Origin: an uncultured delta proteobacterium
GTDB taxonomy: Bacteria; Myxococcota_A; Polyangia; Fen-1088
Length of the DNA: 64,000 nucleotides
Assembly (NCBI GenBank): GCA_963767925.1
Contig: CAVYGB010000008.1
Coordinates: 864,001 to 928,000 of the forward strand
Direction of reading: 5' to 3'
Shown here: piece by piece, positions 49,703 to 61,119 of the stretch
Layout: each line of letters starts with the position of its first letter
Position numbering within the stretch: position 1 is the first letter of the stretch
The notes under the pieces: generated by a model
What the model was told of the DNA's origin: nothing
What the model saw: only the letters and a program-made list of their open reading frames with translations
Database searches by the model: none
Program-made: the position numbers and the translations under genes

Positions 49703-51406
49703 TCACTCCTCCTCGGCCCCTTCCGGCTCCTCCGGCAGGAAGAGCACGAGGTTGTTGAGGAAGGCGATCACCGCCTTCTTGTCGAGGGTTGGAAGCTGCA
49801 GGAAGGCGGTGCGAGAGGTCTCCCCTTCACCGCGGTGCCAGAGGATCGCCTCGGTGAGGGTGACCGCCCGGCCGTCGTGCAGGTACGGCGCGCTCGAGCC
49901 GACGCCCCACAGGGCGGTGGTCAGGAAGACCGACTTGCCCGTCCCCACCTCGTCGACCGGCTCGGCGAGCCCGTCCCCCAGATCGTGCCGCCGCAGGTCG
50001 GTGTAAGGCTCGATGACCGCGAATTGACCCTGGCGCTTGAAGCTGCCGAGGGGGGTTCGATCTTGACCCTGACCGACGTCGAACTTGTTGTCGGGCTGGT
50101 CGTTGGTGATGTCGAAGGTCACCGGCACCCGGACGTCGAGGCCGAGCTCGAAGGGGAGCCGGCCGCCCGGGAACAGGCGGTCGCGGTAGTCCGGCGAGGC
50201 CGACGGCTCCCGGAAGACCCGGTCGGCCACGACGAACGACGGGCGGTGGCACTGGTTGCACTGGATCTGATCGAAGAGCATCCGGCCACGCTGGATCACG
50301 GTGGCCTCCGCCGCCGGCAGGATGGGCACCAGCGCCGCCAGCTCCCGGTTGGCGCTCCGGATGGCCTGCAGCTCCAGCTTGCTCGTCGGCCGAGGCTGAC
50401 CGGCGATGTAGAGGGTCAAGGCGGTCACGTCACCGACCGACAGCTCCTCGCCCACGCCGTCCCGGTCGCCGTCGACGTTGGGGCGGTCGAAGAACTCGAC
50501 CGCTTGCATGCCGAGCTCGTTGTGCATGGCCCCCCGGTTGAAGTCCCGGAGGAAGGCCACCGAACCTTTCCACTGGAAGGGCCGCACCACCAGGTCGTCC
50601 GAGACGGCCTTCGTGGTGAAGCCCTGGGGCGGCAGGACCTGGATGGTGCAGCTCGTGGCCCCCGGCTTGCGCGAGACGACCGCCGATCCGAAGTCGACGC
50701 CCTTGATGTCGTTGAGGAACACCCGGCGGGCGGCGCAGGGCGGGCTCGAACGGGTGGGGTTGCGGCACTCGCAGTCGGCCGCGGCCTGGTCCCGGCGCTG
50801 CTGCAGCAGGGCGGTCATCTCCTCGGCGAGCTTCTGCTTGCCGGCCGCGCCGTGCACGTGGGGCGTGTTTCGCTGGATGTAGTTCTCGGTCAGGCCCGTG
50901 CGGAAGGGATCGCGGTGGACGTTGGCGCTCGCCGGGCCGGGGCCATCGGCGACGTTCTGGTTGTGGCATTCGATGCAGGCGGCGCCGTTGGGACCGGTGG
51001 CGCGCCCGGGGGCGTGCGAGAACCAGCCGTTGTCCTTCAGGTCGGGCCGCGGGAACCGGGTGTAGCGCTGCTGGGGGTTGACGTAGGCGCCGCCGCCGTC
51101 CAGCGCGTTGAACTGCAGCTCGAACAGCTCGTCGCCGTGATCGAAGGCCTTGGTGAATAGATCGATCCGCCGGGCGGCGACGTTGCCGACGGCCTGGGCC
51201 GTCTGGTTGAGGACGAGCTGGTCCTGGTGCTGGATCTCGGCGAAGGCCGGCTCGTCGACCTCGCGGAGGACGGTGAGATCTTCGGGCGCGATCGAATACG
51301 CGGTCATGCCGCCTCCGGCCGCGACGATCGCGACCAGGGCCAGTCGCACCGGGAGCGGCGCCGAGCCCATTCCACGCGACCGTCGGAGCGGTGTGAAGTC
51401 TTCCAT
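49703..51406 (-). CDS. Di-heme oxidoreductase (DHOR-like) protein
   Basis: CIECH and CNQCH, FQWK, YTDLRRHDLG, PYLHDGRA..L.EAI..H.GE. Confidence 0.88.
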   Translation of the reverse strand: MEDFTPLRRSRGMGSAPLPVRLALVAIVAAGGGMTAYSIAPEDLTVLREVDEPAFAEIQHQDQLVLNQTAQAVGNVAARRIDLFTKAFDHGDELFELQFNALDGGGAYVNPQQRYTRFPRPDLKDNGWFSHAPGRATGPNGAACIECHNQNVADGPGPASANVHRDPFRTGLTENYIQRNTPHVHGAAGKQKLAEEMTALLQQRRDQAAADCECRNPTRSSPPCAARRVFLNDIKGVDFGSAVVSRKPGATSCTIQVLPPQGFTTKAVSDDLVVRPFQWKGSVAFLRDFNRGAMHNELGMQAVEFFDRPNVDGDRDGVGEELSVGDVTALTLYIAGQPRPTSKLELQAIRSANRELAALVPILPAAEATVIQRGRMLFDQIQCNQCHRPSFVVADRVFREPSASPDYRDRLFPGGRLPFELGLDVRVPVTFDITNDQPDNKFDVGQGQDRTPLGSFKRQGQFAVIEPYTDLRRHDLGDGLAEPVDEVGTGKSVFLTTALWGVGSSAPYLHDGRAVTLTEAILWHRGEGETSRTAFLQLPTLDKKAVIAFLNNLVLFLPEEPEGAEEE

Positions 51407-51619
51407 GGTGTCCTCCGCTTGTTTCACCCGATCGCTGGCGACGCGGGTCAGGGCGAGCCCTCGTCGAGGGACGCGCGGGAATCCGCCGGGCGAGTCAGGG
51501 CTTCGGACGTTTGGGGCCGACTCTAAGAAAATTCTTCAAAAAGAATCGCGCGCGGTTCGAACCTCGGATCTCGTCGAGGCGGAATCCACAGCGCGCCGGG
51601 ATGCGTGTGGATACGAGAA

Positions 51620-52636
51620 TCAGTTGCAAAATCCCGTGTCGGTGCCGCGAGGAATATCGCAAATGCCACTGATGCATTCGGCGGGAGCCAGGCAGCTCTG
51701 CCCATTCGCGCACGATTGGCCATCCATTGCCACGCTCGAGCAGGTGCCGACGGCGCCCTGACCCAGCACGCAGTCGGCGCTCGCCTCGCAAAGCAGGACC
51801 CCCGGACCGCCGCAGGCCTGGCCGGCCCTCGCGAAGCCGATCGCCGCACAGCGATTCCCGGCGCAGACCAGGCCCTTGTGGGCGGCGCACGAGTCGCGGC
51901 CCTGGCAGGCGCCATCCACGGCCTCGATCTGCGCTGCGCAGGCCTGACCCGCGCAAAACGAGCCGAATTTGCACGGCTGATCCGCGCTGCAGGCCATCCC
52001 GGGCGCGGAGGGGGCCGCGCAGGCGCCATTGACACTGCACTCGAGCCCGGGTCCACATTCGGCCGATTCGGCACAGGGGGCGCTCACCGGACCGAGTGGC
52101 GTGCAGCTCCCGCAGTTGATGCCCCTCGTGCGCTTGCAGAAGCCGCTGCCACACTGAAAGTCGCTGGCGCAGCCGTCCCCGTTGCCGCGGCGGCCCTTGA
52201 GGAGGCAGGAGGCGACCCCGCGGGAGGAGAAGGAATCGCAAGCCGCGCCGCCGAGCTCACCAGCGCAGGCCATCAGGAGAGGCGAGGTGATCTGCGAGCC
52301 GGGCGCGCCGGCGCCCGCGCTGCAGGCAACCGCCCTGCGAGCGGCGCAGGTGGCCATGTCGCCGAACGCATCCCGGAGCTCCGCCGGGGAGCATGCGCCC
52401 AGCTTCGCGCAGACGGCGCGTCCGTAAGCCGCGCACGCTGCCACCACGTCGGGGGGCACCGCCACCGATCCAACGCCACCCCGGGGCGGCTGGCCGCCGT
52501 TTGCGGGCGACACGAGGGCTCCGTCGTCACCCCCGCAACCCACCTGCGGAAAGCCGATCGAAGCTACGAAGACGGCGGCGAAGGCCCGGCAGGCGAACGG
52601 GCTCGCAGCGACACCACGCTTGAAGCACCAATACAT
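51620..52636 (-). CDS. Cysteine-rich repeat lipoprotein
   Basis: VGC lipobox-like; many G..C....C..G..C repeats. Confidence 0.7.
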   Translation of the reverse strand: MYWCFKRGVAASPFACRAFAAVFVASIGFPQVGCGGDDGALVSPANGGQPPRGGVGSVAVPPDVVAACAAYGRAVCAKLGACSPAELRDAFGDMATCAARRAVACSAGAGAPGSQITSPLLMACAGELGGAACDSFSSRGVASCLLKGRRGNGDGCASDFQCGSGFCKRTRGINCGSCTPLGPVSAPCAESAECGPGLECSVNGACAAPSAPGMACSADQPCKFGSFCAGQACAAQIEAVDGACQGRDSCAAHKGLVCAGNRCAAIGFARAGQACGGPGVLLCEASADCVLGQGAVGTCSSVAMDGQSCANGQSCLAPAECISGICDIPRGTDTGFCN

Positions 52637-53013
52637 CGGTACCCTCCCAGGAAACGAGAGTTGCGGGGCTAGCGGGACACTAGGAGCGTCTCCGGAAGCA
52701 GTCAAGGTAGCGCGGGGATCCTTCCCGGCCGCGACTGCCCTCCCCGGGTCTTCCAAGCTCGCCCGACGCAGACGGCAGACCCCCGGAAGAGCCCGGCATG
52801 TGGGGCTTTTGGGGTGACATCCCGCCCTGTCCGCCCAGGCGCCGCGGCCTCGAAAATAGGGCGGCTGCGCTCAGGTTCCTGTCATGTTCCCGGCCAAAGC
52901 TGTGCCGCCTCGAGCAAGAACGGGTGACGCCGCAACCGTGTTTGGTCATTGGCAACGTCGTGTTCGACGTTTCTCTTCCTGGACAGGTAAATGGAACGAA
53001 CGCTGCAAACGAC

Positions 53014-54345
53014 ATGGACCGATTTCTCTGGCTGGTATTTGTCTCGTTCGCGACTGCTTCGATGGCTGCCTGTGCGCCGCACTCGGCCCACGACCGGCAG
53101 AGCGTGTCGCGCGAGCTCTCGGCCTTCTCGGGCAACGGGCTGAGGACGGATCCTGCCGCCCAGCCGAAGCTGCCCCCCGGCGTGGTCCTCGAGGACGGGC
53201 TGACGGAGGACGAGGCGGTCGCGGTGGCCCTGTGGAACAACGCTGGCTTTCAAGCGGAGCTAGCCACCTTGGGGATCGCCCGCGCCGACCTCGTCGACGC
53301 GGGCATGATCCAGAACCCGCTGTTGTCGCTGTTTCTGCCCTGGGGTCCCCGCCAGGCGGAGCTGACCGTGAGCTTGCCGCTGCAGGCGCTGTGGCAACGA
53401 GGGCGGCGGGTCGAGGCGGCGCAGCTGGACGTCGAGCGGGTGGCCAGCGGGCTGGTTGCCGCCGGGCTCGATCTGGTTCGCGACACGAAGATCACCTACG
53501 CCACGCTCGGGCTGGCGCAGGAGCGCGAGCGGCTGGGGCGCGAGGCGGTCGGCCTGCGGGGACGGGTTGCCGCGATCTCCGAGGCCCGGCTGCGCGCGGG
53601 GGACGTCAGCGTCCTCGAGGCGGGCGTGGTCCGGCTGGATGCGCGGCAGGCCGACGAGGAGCTGCTGCGGGCGCTGCTGGCGGTGGCCAGCGCCCGGGCG
53701 GCGCTGATCCGTCAGCTCGGGCTCGAGGGGACGCAGTCGGGCCTGAGGATCGGCGCGCTGGCGGTCGAGGCGCGCACCATCGGGAGCCTGGAGGCAGCGG
53801 TGCAAGTGGCCATGGCGGCGCGCCCCGACCTCCGGGCGGCCGAGCTGGCCATCGAGGCGGCGGGCGCGCGCCTGGGCTGGGAGAAGACGCGCATCGTGAG
53901 CAACCTCGACGCGGCCGCCAAGGCGACCGGCGGCAACGGGGAGTGGGTGGTCGGTCCAGGGATCTCGCTCGAGATCCCGCTGTTCAACCTGAACCAGGGG
54001 CCGCGGGCGCGGGCCCACGCCGAGATCGAGCGGGCCATCTGGCACTACGCCGCCACCCGGCACCGCCTGCTGCAGGAGGTGCACGACGCCCACCAGCGGT
54101 ACGCCCACACGGCCCAGGCCGAGGCGCTGTTGCGCAAGGAGATCCTGCCGGGGCTGGACGAGAACCTCGCGCGCGCGGAGAAGGCCTACGCCGCCGGCGA
54201 GGTGTCGTACCTGTTCGTGCTCGAGACGATGCGCCAGCGGCTGGAAGCCGGTTTACGCGCCGCTGACGCCACCGCCGAGCTAGCGCGGGCAGCGGCCCAG
54301 CTCGATCGCAGCATCGGGAGGAAACGTGTCGCAAAGAATCCCTGA
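53014..54345 (+). CDS. TolC/CzcC-family outer membrane efflux protein
   Basis: AAC lipobox, RPDL, PLFNLNQG, AYAAGE. Confidence 0.9.
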   Translation: MDRFLWLVFVSFATASMAACAPHSAHDRQSVSRELSAFSGNGLRTDPAAQPKLPPGVVLEDGLTEDEAVAVALWNNAGFQAELATLGIARADLVDAGMIQNPLLSLFLPWGPRQAELTVSLPLQALWQRGRRVEAAQLDVERVASGLVAAGLDLVRDTKITYATLGLAQERERLGREAVGLRGRVAAISEARLRAGDVSVLEAGVVRLDARQADEELLRALLAVASARAALIRQLGLEGTQSGLRIGALAVEARTIGSLEAAVQVAMAARPDLRAAELAIEAAGARLGWEKTRIVSNLDAAAKATGGNGEWVVGPGISLEIPLFNLNQGPRARAHAEIERAIWHYAATRHRLLQEVHDAHQRYAHTAQAEALLRKEILPGLDENLARAEKAYAAGEVSYLFVLETMRQRLEAGLRAADATAELARAAAQLDRSIGRKRVAKNP

Positions 54346-55510
54346 AGATCTCCGCCGTGGTTTCGAGCACCGGTCGTTCCGCTGGCTCGCCCTGGCCCTG
54401 GTTGGGCTGGCGGCCTGTGGCAAGGTGGCGCCCAGCAAGGCGGCGCCCCCCGCCACGGTGTCCAATCCGCCCAAGGAGACCGATCTCACCACCGTCACGC
54501 TGACCGAGAAGGCCGACCAGCGCCTCGGGATCCGGACGGTGGCGGTGGCCCGGCGGAGCATCCCCCGCACGCGCGCCATGGGGGGCGAGATCCTGGTGCC
54601 GCCGGGTCAGGCGCTCACCGTCTCGGCTCCGGTGGCAGGGACGGTCCTGGCGGTGGCCGCGACTTTGCCCGCCGCGGGCAGCGAGGTCCGCCGCGGGCAG
54701 GTGGTCATGCGCCTGTATCCGCTGCCCGCCTCCTCGGATCTGACCTCCGCGGCGGTCCGGCTGGACACGGCCCGCAAGCGAGCGGTCCGGGCCGAGCAGC
54801 TCCTCAAGGATGAGGCCGGCAGCCAGCGTTCGGTGGAAGAGGCGCAGGCCGAGCTGGCGATGGCAGAAGCGCAGTCGGCGGCAGTCCGCCCCCGCCCGAG
54901 CAGCGGAGCCCGCAAGGGGGCGCTGGGGGTCGAGTCGCCGCAGGCCGGCGTGCTGCGGGACGTGTTCGTGGGCCCCGGGCAGTCGGTGGCCGCGGGCGCC
55001 CCCCTGTTCCAGGTGGAGGCGAGCAGCGTCCTCTGGGTGCGGGTGCCGGTCTACGTGGGGGATCTGGGGGGCGTGCAGGTGGGCAAGGCGGTGGAGGTGC
55101 AGCCGCTGGGCGCGGCCGCCGCGGCCGGTGTGCACACGGCCGTGCCCGCGGCGGCGCCGCCCTCGGCCAACCCGGAGGCCGCGAGCAGCGACCTCATCTT
55201 CCAGCTCGACAACAGCGCGGGCCTGTTCCGGCCGGGGCAGCGGGTCCGGGTGGCGCTCCCCCTGGTGGGCAGCGAGGAGGGGCTGGTGGTCCCCTGGTCA
55301 GCGGTGATCCACGACATTCACGGCGGCACCTGGGTGTACGAGCTGATCGCCCCCCGCGTCTACCGGCGGGTACGGGTGGAGGTGAAACACCTGGCCGGCA
55401 GTGACGCCGAGGCGCTGGCCGTGCTGGGCCGTGGTCCGGCGCCAGGCCGGAACGTCGTCGCGGTGGGCGCGGCCGAGCTGTTCGGGACCGAGTTCGGGAA
55501 CGGCAAATGA
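54326..55510 (+). CDS. RND periplasmic adaptor
   Basis: APVAG, SPQAG, G..V..G.PLF, RPGQ. Confidence 0.9.
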   Translation: MSQRIPEDLRRGFEHRSFRWLALALVGLAACGKVAPSKAAPPATVSNPPKETDLTTVTLTEKADQRLGIRTVAVARRSIPRTRAMGGEILVPPGQALTVSAPVAGTVLAVAATLPAAGSEVRRGQVVMRLYPLPASSDLTSAAVRLDTARKRAVRAEQLLKDEAGSQRSVEEAQAELAMAEAQSAAVRPRPSSGARKGALGVESPQAGVLRDVFVGPGQSVAAGAPLFQVEASSVLWVRVPVYVGDLGGVQVGKAVEVQPLGAAAAAGVHTAVPAAAPPSANPEAASSDLIFQLDNSAGLFRPGQRVRVALPLVGSEEGLVVPWSAVIHDIHGGTWVYELIAPRVYRRVRVEVKHLAGSDAEALAVLGRGPAPGRNVVAVGAAELFGTEFGNGK

Positions 55511-58500
55511 TGGCCTGGCTCGTCGAGCGGGCGCTGCGCCTGCGTCTGCTCGTGCTCTGCCTGACGGCGCTGCTGCTGGCGGGCGGCTGGCAGCTCGTGC
55601 GCTCTACCCCCCTCGACGTGTTCCCCGAGTTCGCCGCGCCCATCGTCGAGATCCAGACCGAGGCGCCCGGGCTCTCGACAACCGAGGTCGAGAGCCTGAT
55701 CACCGTGCCGCTCGAGAGCGCGTTGAGTGGGACCTCCTGGCTGCAGACGCTGCGCTCCAAGTCCGTGCTCGGCCTCTCCTCGGTGCTGCTCATCTTCGAG
55801 CCGGGGACCGATCTGATGCGCGCCCGCCAGCTCGTGGGTGAGCGGCTGAGCACGGCCTCGCAGCAGCTTCCGGCGGTCTCCCGGCCCCCGGTCATCCTCT
55901 CGCCGCTCTCCTCGATGAGCCGGGCCCTCAAGATCGGCATCTCCTCGAAGACGCTCGATCAGGTCGGCATGACCACCCTCGCGCGCTGGACCATCCGGCC
56001 TCGCCTGATGGCCATCCCCGGGGTGGCCAACGTGGCCATCTGGGGCCAGCGCGATCGCCAGGTGCAGGTGCTTGTCGATCCGGACCGGCTGGCGGCGCAC
56101 AAGGTGACGCTGGCCGAGGTGGTGGCGGTGACCCGGGAGGCCACCCAGCCGGCCGCCGGCGGCTTCATCGATACGCCCAACCAGCGCCTGTCGGTGAGCC
56201 ACCTGCAGGCGATCTCGGGGGCCGAGGACCTGGCCCGGGTGCCGGTCGCCTTCCGGAAGGGGTCGCCGCTGCGCCTGGGCGACGTCGCCGAGGTGGTGGA
56301 GGGGCACCAGGCACCCATCGGCGACGCCATCATCAACGACGGCCCGGGCCTCCTGCTCATCGTCGAGAAGCAGCCCTGGGGGAACACCCTCGAGGTCACC
56401 CGCAAGGTCGAGGAGGCCCTGGCGGCGATGCGGCCTGGACTCACGGACCTGGAGATCGACTCGACCATCTTCCGCCCTGCCACCTACATCGAGACCTCGC
56501 TGCGCAACTTGCGCACGGCTATCTTGATCGGCTGCTTGCTGGTGGTGGCCATCCTGGTGCTTTTTCTCTGGGACTGGCGCACGGCCTTCATCAGCGTGCT
56601 GGCCATCCCCCTGTCGCTGCTGGCGGCCGGGCTGGTCCTGTATCTGCGGGGGGGCACCATCAACACCATGGTGCTGGCGGGCCTGGTCATCGCGCTCGGC
56701 GAGGTGGTCGACGACGCCATCATCGACGTCGAGAACATCGTGCGCCGCTTGCGGGCCAACGTCGTCGCCGGCGCGCCGGCCAGCCCGTTCACGGTGATCC
56801 TCAAGGCCTCGCTGGAGGTGCGCAGCGCGGTCGTGTACGCGACCCTGATCGTCGCGCTGGTCTTCATACCCGTCTTCTTGCTCGACGGTCTGGCGGGGGC
56901 TTTCTTCCGACCACTGGCGGTCTCCTACCTGCTGGCCGTGCTGGCCTCGCTGGGAGTGGCCGTCGTGGTCACGCCGGCGCTGGCCTACCTGCTGCTGCCG
57001 GGGGCCATCCGGGCCGGCGAGGAGGTCGGCCGCCGGGGGTCCCCGCTCTTGCCGCTGCTTCGGCGTCGCTACCGGGCGCTGCTCCCCAAGCTCGTGGCGC
57101 GGCCCAAGATGGCGCTGGGGATCATCGGGGGCCTGCTCGGGCTCAGCTTCCTGACCGTGCCGTTCCTGGGCGAGGACTTCCTGCCGCACTTCAAGGAGCT
57201 GGACTTCCTCATGCACTGGGTGGAAAAGCCGGGCACCTCGCTGGAGGCGGGCCAGCGCATCACCCTGGCTGCCAGCCGCGAGCTGCGGGCGGTGCCGGGC
57301 GTTCGCAACTTCGGCTCACACATCGGGCGGGCCGAGGTGGCCGATGAGGTGGTGGGGCCCAACTTCACCGAGCTGTGGATCAGCCTCGATCCCGAGGTGG
57401 ACTACGACAGCACGGTGGCCAAGGTGCAGGAGATCGTCGACGGCTACCCCGGGCTGTATCGAGATCTCCTGACCTACCTCAAAGAGCGGATCAAGGAGGT
57501 CCTCACCGGCGCGGGCGGCTCGCTCGTCGTGCGGATCTTTGGTCCCAACCTGGATGGCCTGCGGGAGCAGGCGGCGGCCGTGGCGAAGGCCATCACGGGC
57601 GTCCCCGGGCTCGTCGACCTCAAGGTCGAGCCCCAGGTGCTGGTGCCGCAGATCGAGGTGGCCTATCGCGCCGAGGCGGCCGAGCCCTTCGGCCTGCACC
57701 CGGGCGACGTGCGGCGCGCCGCGACCACCATCGTGCAGGGGACCAAGGTGGGCGAGATCTACGAAGATCAGAAGATCTTCGACGTCGTCGTGTGGGGCGC
57801 GCCGGCGCACCGCCGCTCGCCCGAGTCGCTGCGCGAGCTGCCCATCGACACGCGCACCGGCGGGCAGGTGCCGCTGGGTGAGCTGGCCGACGTGCGGGTG
57901 GCCCCGGCCCCCAACGTGATCCAGCGAGAGAACGCCTCTCGCCGGATCGACGTCACCGCCAACGTGCGCGGCCGGGACCTCGGCAGCGTGGCCCGGGAGA
58001 TCGAGCGCCGGGTGCAGACGCTGTCGTTCCCCGCCGGTTACCACCCGGAGATGCTCGGGGAATACGCCGCCCGTCAGGCCTCCAGCCGGCGGCTGCTGGT
58101 CGCCGGGCTGCTGGCGCTGCTCGGAATCTTCCTGGTCTTGCACCTGGACTTCGGTTCGACCCGGACGGCCTTGCTGGTCTTCGCCAGTCTTCCGTTCGCC
58201 CTGGTGGGAGGGGTGGTCGGCGTGTTGCTGACCGGCGGAACCCTCTCGCTGGGCTCGCTGGTCGGCTTCATCACCGTGCTCGGCATCGCCGCGCGCAACG
58301 GCATCATGCTGGTGAGCCACTTCCGCCACCTCGAGCGCGAGGAGGGGATGCCCTTCGGTCAGGAGCTGGTGCTGCGCGGCGCCGAGGAGCGCCTGGCGCC
58401 CATCCTGATGACCGCGCTCGCCACCGGCCTGGCCCTGCTCCCGATCGCCGTGGGCGGTCTGCGCCCGGGTCAGGAGATCGAACACCCCCTGGCGGTGGTC

Positions 58501-58584
58501 ATCCTCGGCGGGCTGGCCACCTCGACGGTGCTCAACCTGTTTTTCATGCCCGCGCTGTACCTGCGCTACGGCCGGGGCCGATAG
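55507..58584 (+). CDS. CusA/CzcA-family RND efflux permease
   Basis: [34 protein letters not shown]; 1025 aa. Confidence 0.95.
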   Translation: MMAWLVERALRLRLLVLCLTALLLAGGWQLVRSTPLDVFPEFAAPIVEIQTEAPGLSTTEVESLITVPLESALSGTSWLQTLRSKSVLGLSSVLLIFEPGTDLMRARQLVGERLSTASQQLPAVSRPPVILSPLSSMSRALKIGISSKTLDQVGMTTLARWTIRPRLMAIPGVANVAIWGQRDRQVQVLVDPDRLAAHKVTLAEVVAVTREATQPAAGGFIDTPNQRLSVSHLQAISGAEDLARVPVAFRKGSPLRLGDVAEVVEGHQAPIGDAIINDGPGLLLIVEKQPWGNTLEVTRKVEEALAAMRPGLTDLEIDSTIFRPATYIETSLRNLRTAILIGCLLVVAILVLFLWDWRTAFISVLAIPLSLLAAGLVLYLRGGTINTMVLAGLVIALGEVVDDAIIDVENIVRRLRANVVAGAPASPFTVILKASLEVRSAVVYATLIVALVFIPVFLLDGLAGAFFRPLAVSYLLAVLASLGVAVVVTPALAYLLLPGAIRAGEEVGRRGSPLLPLLRRRYRALLPKLVARPKMALGIIGGLLGLSFLTVPFLGEDFLPHFKELDFLMHWVEKPGTSLEAGQRITLAASRELRAVPGVRNFGSHIGRAEVADEVVGPNFTELWISLDPEVDYDSTVAKVQEIVDGYPGLYRDLLTYLKERIKEVLTGAGGSLVVRIFGPNLDGLREQAAAVAKAITGVPGLVDLKVEPQVLVPQIEVAYRAEAAEPFGLHPGDVRRAATTIVQGTKVGEIYEDQKIFDVVVWGAPAHRRSPESLRELPIDTRTGGQVPLGELADVRVAPAPNVIQRENASRRIDVTANVRGRDLGSVAREIERRVQTLSFPAGYHPEMLGEYAARQASSRRLLVAGLLALLGIFLVLHLDFGSTRTALLVFASLPFALVGGVVGVLLTGGTLSLGSLVGFITVLGIAARNGIMLVSHFRHLEREEGMPFGQELVLRGAEERLAPILMTALATGLALLPIAVGGLRPGQEIEHPLAVVILGGLATSTVLNLFFMPALYLRYGRGR

Positions 58585-58649
58585 GACGGGCTAGTGCACC
58601 AGGGACTGCTTTCGAAGTAGTCGGGTTCCCTCGCTTCGCTCGGGCCCGA

Positions 58650-59636
58650 CTAGGCGAAGCAGTCGTCGTGGGCGTGCATCTGGCGATCGAGGGCCAGCTT
58701 GTGTTTCACCGACAGCTCGCCGGACAGCGAGCGCATCTCGGCCCGGGGCAGCGCCTTGAAGGCCCGGGCTATCTGGACGTTCTCCTCGAGGTGCTCGAGC
58801 TTCGGCATGCCGACCACCGCGGTGGCCACCGGCAGCGACAGCGAGTAGCGAAGCAGCTTGTTCGGGGGGGCGGCGCCGACCAGGGCGTCCTGCCCGAAGA
58901 TCTTCATGGCGATGATGCCCATCTTCTTCGCCCGGGCCACCGGCAAGGCCACGGTCTCGAAGCTGATCGGCAGGTCGCTGTTCGGAGCCTTGCCGGCGGG
59001 GCTGGGCTTCATCCCCTGGAGCGCGGCATTGAGGGCCATCTGCGTGCAGTCGAAGTCGTGACGCTCGAGCGCGGTCTTGAGCACGAGGGGGTTGGTGTGG
59101 CAGCTGATGCCGATGAAGCGGGCGACCTTCTGATCGCGCATCTTGCGCAGGACCGCCAGCACGCCGTCCTTGGCCTCGATGGCCGCCAGATCGTCCTCCC
59201 CCTTGAGGTCGTGGATGTGGAGCAGATCGACGTGGTCAGTCTGAAGACGTTTCAGGCTGCCCTCGATGATGGCCATGGCCTCATCGCCCTTGCGCTTGCT
59301 CACCTTGGTCGCCAGGAAGACGTCCTTGCGTCGGTCCTTCATCACCTTGCCCACCCGCTCCTCGCTCAGCCCGTTGCCGTAGACGAAGGCCGTGTCCATG
59401 TAGGTGATGCCGAGATCGAACGCGCGATGGAGGGCGGCGAGCGCCTTGTCCTCGTCCTTGTACATGAGGAAGCGGCTGCCTCCACCCATCGCCAGGATCG
59501 AGACCCGCACGCCGGTCTTGCCCAGCACCCGCGTCGGCAGTCGCCCCTCCGAGGCTCTTGCTTGCCCGCGCCAGGTCGCCCCGGCCGCCACGCTGACTCC
59601 GGTACCCTTCAGAAAGCGTCGTCTCGAGAGCGTCAT
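58650..59636 (-). CDS. Aldo/keto reductase with Tat signal
   Basis: SRRRFLK, DTA..Y, ATK, SLKRLQTDHVDL..IH. Confidence 0.9.
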   Translation of the reverse strand: MTLSRRRFLKGTGVSVAAGATWRGQARASEGRLPTRVLGKTGVRVSILAMGGGSRFLMYKDEDKALAALHRAFDLGITYMDTAFVYGNGLSEERVGKVMKDRRKDVFLATKVSKRKGDEAMAIIEGSLKRLQTDHVDLLHIHDLKGEDDLAAIEAKDGVLAVLRKMRDQKVARFIGISCHTNPLVLKTALERHDFDCTQMALNAALQGMKPSPAGKAPNSDLPISFETVALPVARAKKMGIIAMKIFGQDALVGAAPPNKLLRYSLSLPVATAVVGMPKLEHLEENVQIARAFKALPRAEMRSLSGELSVKHKLALDRQMHAHDDCFA

Positions 59637-59779
59637 GCGGGCCTCCTCGCAGGAATAGTCCAGACCATATTACATCGGCCCTCTCCGCACGCCGGCAATC
59701 GGCGCGGGCGGAACGGCAGGGGGGCGGAAGCGCCGGGGGGCGAAAGCCGGCTCGCATCCGCGGCCCCCCCCGCGGCCCG

Positions 59780-60145
59780 TCATTCGTATTTGATGGTCGA
59801 GGCCGTCAGGAGCTTCTTGCCTTTGCTCTCGTGGACCTTTCCCGTGACCGTGGCGGCCTTCGGGGTCCCGCTGCAGACCATCTCGTGATTGTCCTTGGCG
59901 GTCTTGTTGTCGGCCAGGTAGTACCGCGTCTCCTTGCCCCCCTCGGCGACCTTGAGGACGTTCTGGCACTTTTCGCTCTCGTGCAGGGCGCATTTGGCGC
60001 AGACCATCTCACCTTTGAGGGTCAGCTCGGCGGCGGCCTTGGCCTCGCTCTTGTGAGTCTTGTCCTTGGCGTCGCCGGCATACGCGGGCGGGCCTGCCAG
60101 AACGGCAGACAACAGCAGCATCGAGACAGACAGGGCAGTCTTCAT
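59780..60145 (-). CDS. Small exported CxxC protein (DUF6370-like)
   Basis: Signal peptide, CAKC.L....C, H...C. Confidence 0.65.
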   Translation of the reverse strand: MKTALSVSMLLLSAVLAGPPAYAGDAKDKTHKSEAKAAAELTLKGEMVCAKCALHESEKCQNVLKVAEGGKETRYYLADNKTAKDNHEMVCSGTPKAATVTGKVHESKGKKLLTASTIKYE

Positions 60146-60302
60146 TTCTTTCCTCCCGGGCCGCGCGGGGCGCGGTCCGTCAACAACGTCGGTTTGTGGA
60201 TCGAGAACACCCGGACCGGCCAGCCCCTGGGGTCACCACCAGCAGTAGTGACCCATCTCGGGTCTCGCTGCCGCTTTCCTCACACACCCGCCCGCCCATT
60301 CC

Positions 60303-60890
60303 TCAGCGGTGGAGCAGCTTGAGGCCGATCTGGGGGCCCATGCCCAGGGTGTGGCCGAGCTGGATGTTCAGGTAGCCCAGGGGCTCGAGCAGGCGGGCGT
60401 TCCGGAGCGGGCCGGCGTCGACCGGGTCGAAGCCGATCTCCCGGGCCAGCTCCAGGATGGCCGCGCGGGAGGCGGCGTCGTCGCCGGCGGCGAAGGCGGT
60501 CAGGGGGTCGCTGCCGAGACGGCCCGTCTCCATGTGCTGGGCGAAGACGGTGTTGAAGGCCTTGACCACGTGGGCCCGCGGCACGCGCCGCTGCAGCTCC
60601 TCGGCCCCGCTGGTCGTGAACCCGAGCGCCAGATTCATGTCGGCGTCGAGGGCGTTGGTCACGTCGACCACCGGCTTGCCGTCGAGGAAACGGCCGGTGG
60701 TCTCGACCACGTCGGCCAGGGCTGCGAAGGGGACGGCGAGGATCACGATCTGCGCCCAGTCCGCGGCCTCGGCCAGGGCGTTCTTGTCTTTGCCCACCGC
60801 CTTGACCTCGTGACCCGCCCGCCGCAAGCCGCGGCTCAGGGCGCTGCCCACCTTGCCAATGCCGACGATTCCGATGCGATCGAGCGCCAT
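60303..60890 (-). CDS. NADPH-dependent F420 reductase-like oxidoreductase
   Basis: GIGKVG, LAVP, VDVTN, SGAE, VKAFNT, DAGPL. Confidence 0.88.
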   Translation of the reverse strand: MALDRIGIVGIGKVGSALSRGLRRAGHEVKAVGKDKNALAEAADWAQIVILAVPFAALADVVETTGRFLDGKPVVDVTNALDADMNLALGFTTSGAEELQRRVPRAHVVKAFNTVFAQHMETGRLGSDPLTAFAAGDDAASRAAILELAREIGFDPVDAGPLRNARLLEPLGYLNIQLGHTLGMGPQIGLKLLHR

Positions 60891-61119
60891 GTTGCCTCCG
60901 GCGGGTTGTCCGTGGCCACCGGCACCGTCGCCGCCGTCCACGCCGATCAGTGTCGTCCCTGCCAGCGCCGGCGCCATCCGGCCGCACCCCCATTCCCGTG
61001 TCGCGTTCCGGATGTCCTGCCAGGCGCCCGTGACGCCGGTCAAGCCGCGACGGACTGCCCCGTCAACGGATGACTCGCACCGCTGGCTTTCCGCGCCTCC
61101 CTGCGCGAAGCTCGGCGCG

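Noticed and set aside
55360..58485. Long antisense ORFs of 618 and 389 aa
   Set aside because: Antisense shadows of the RND permease
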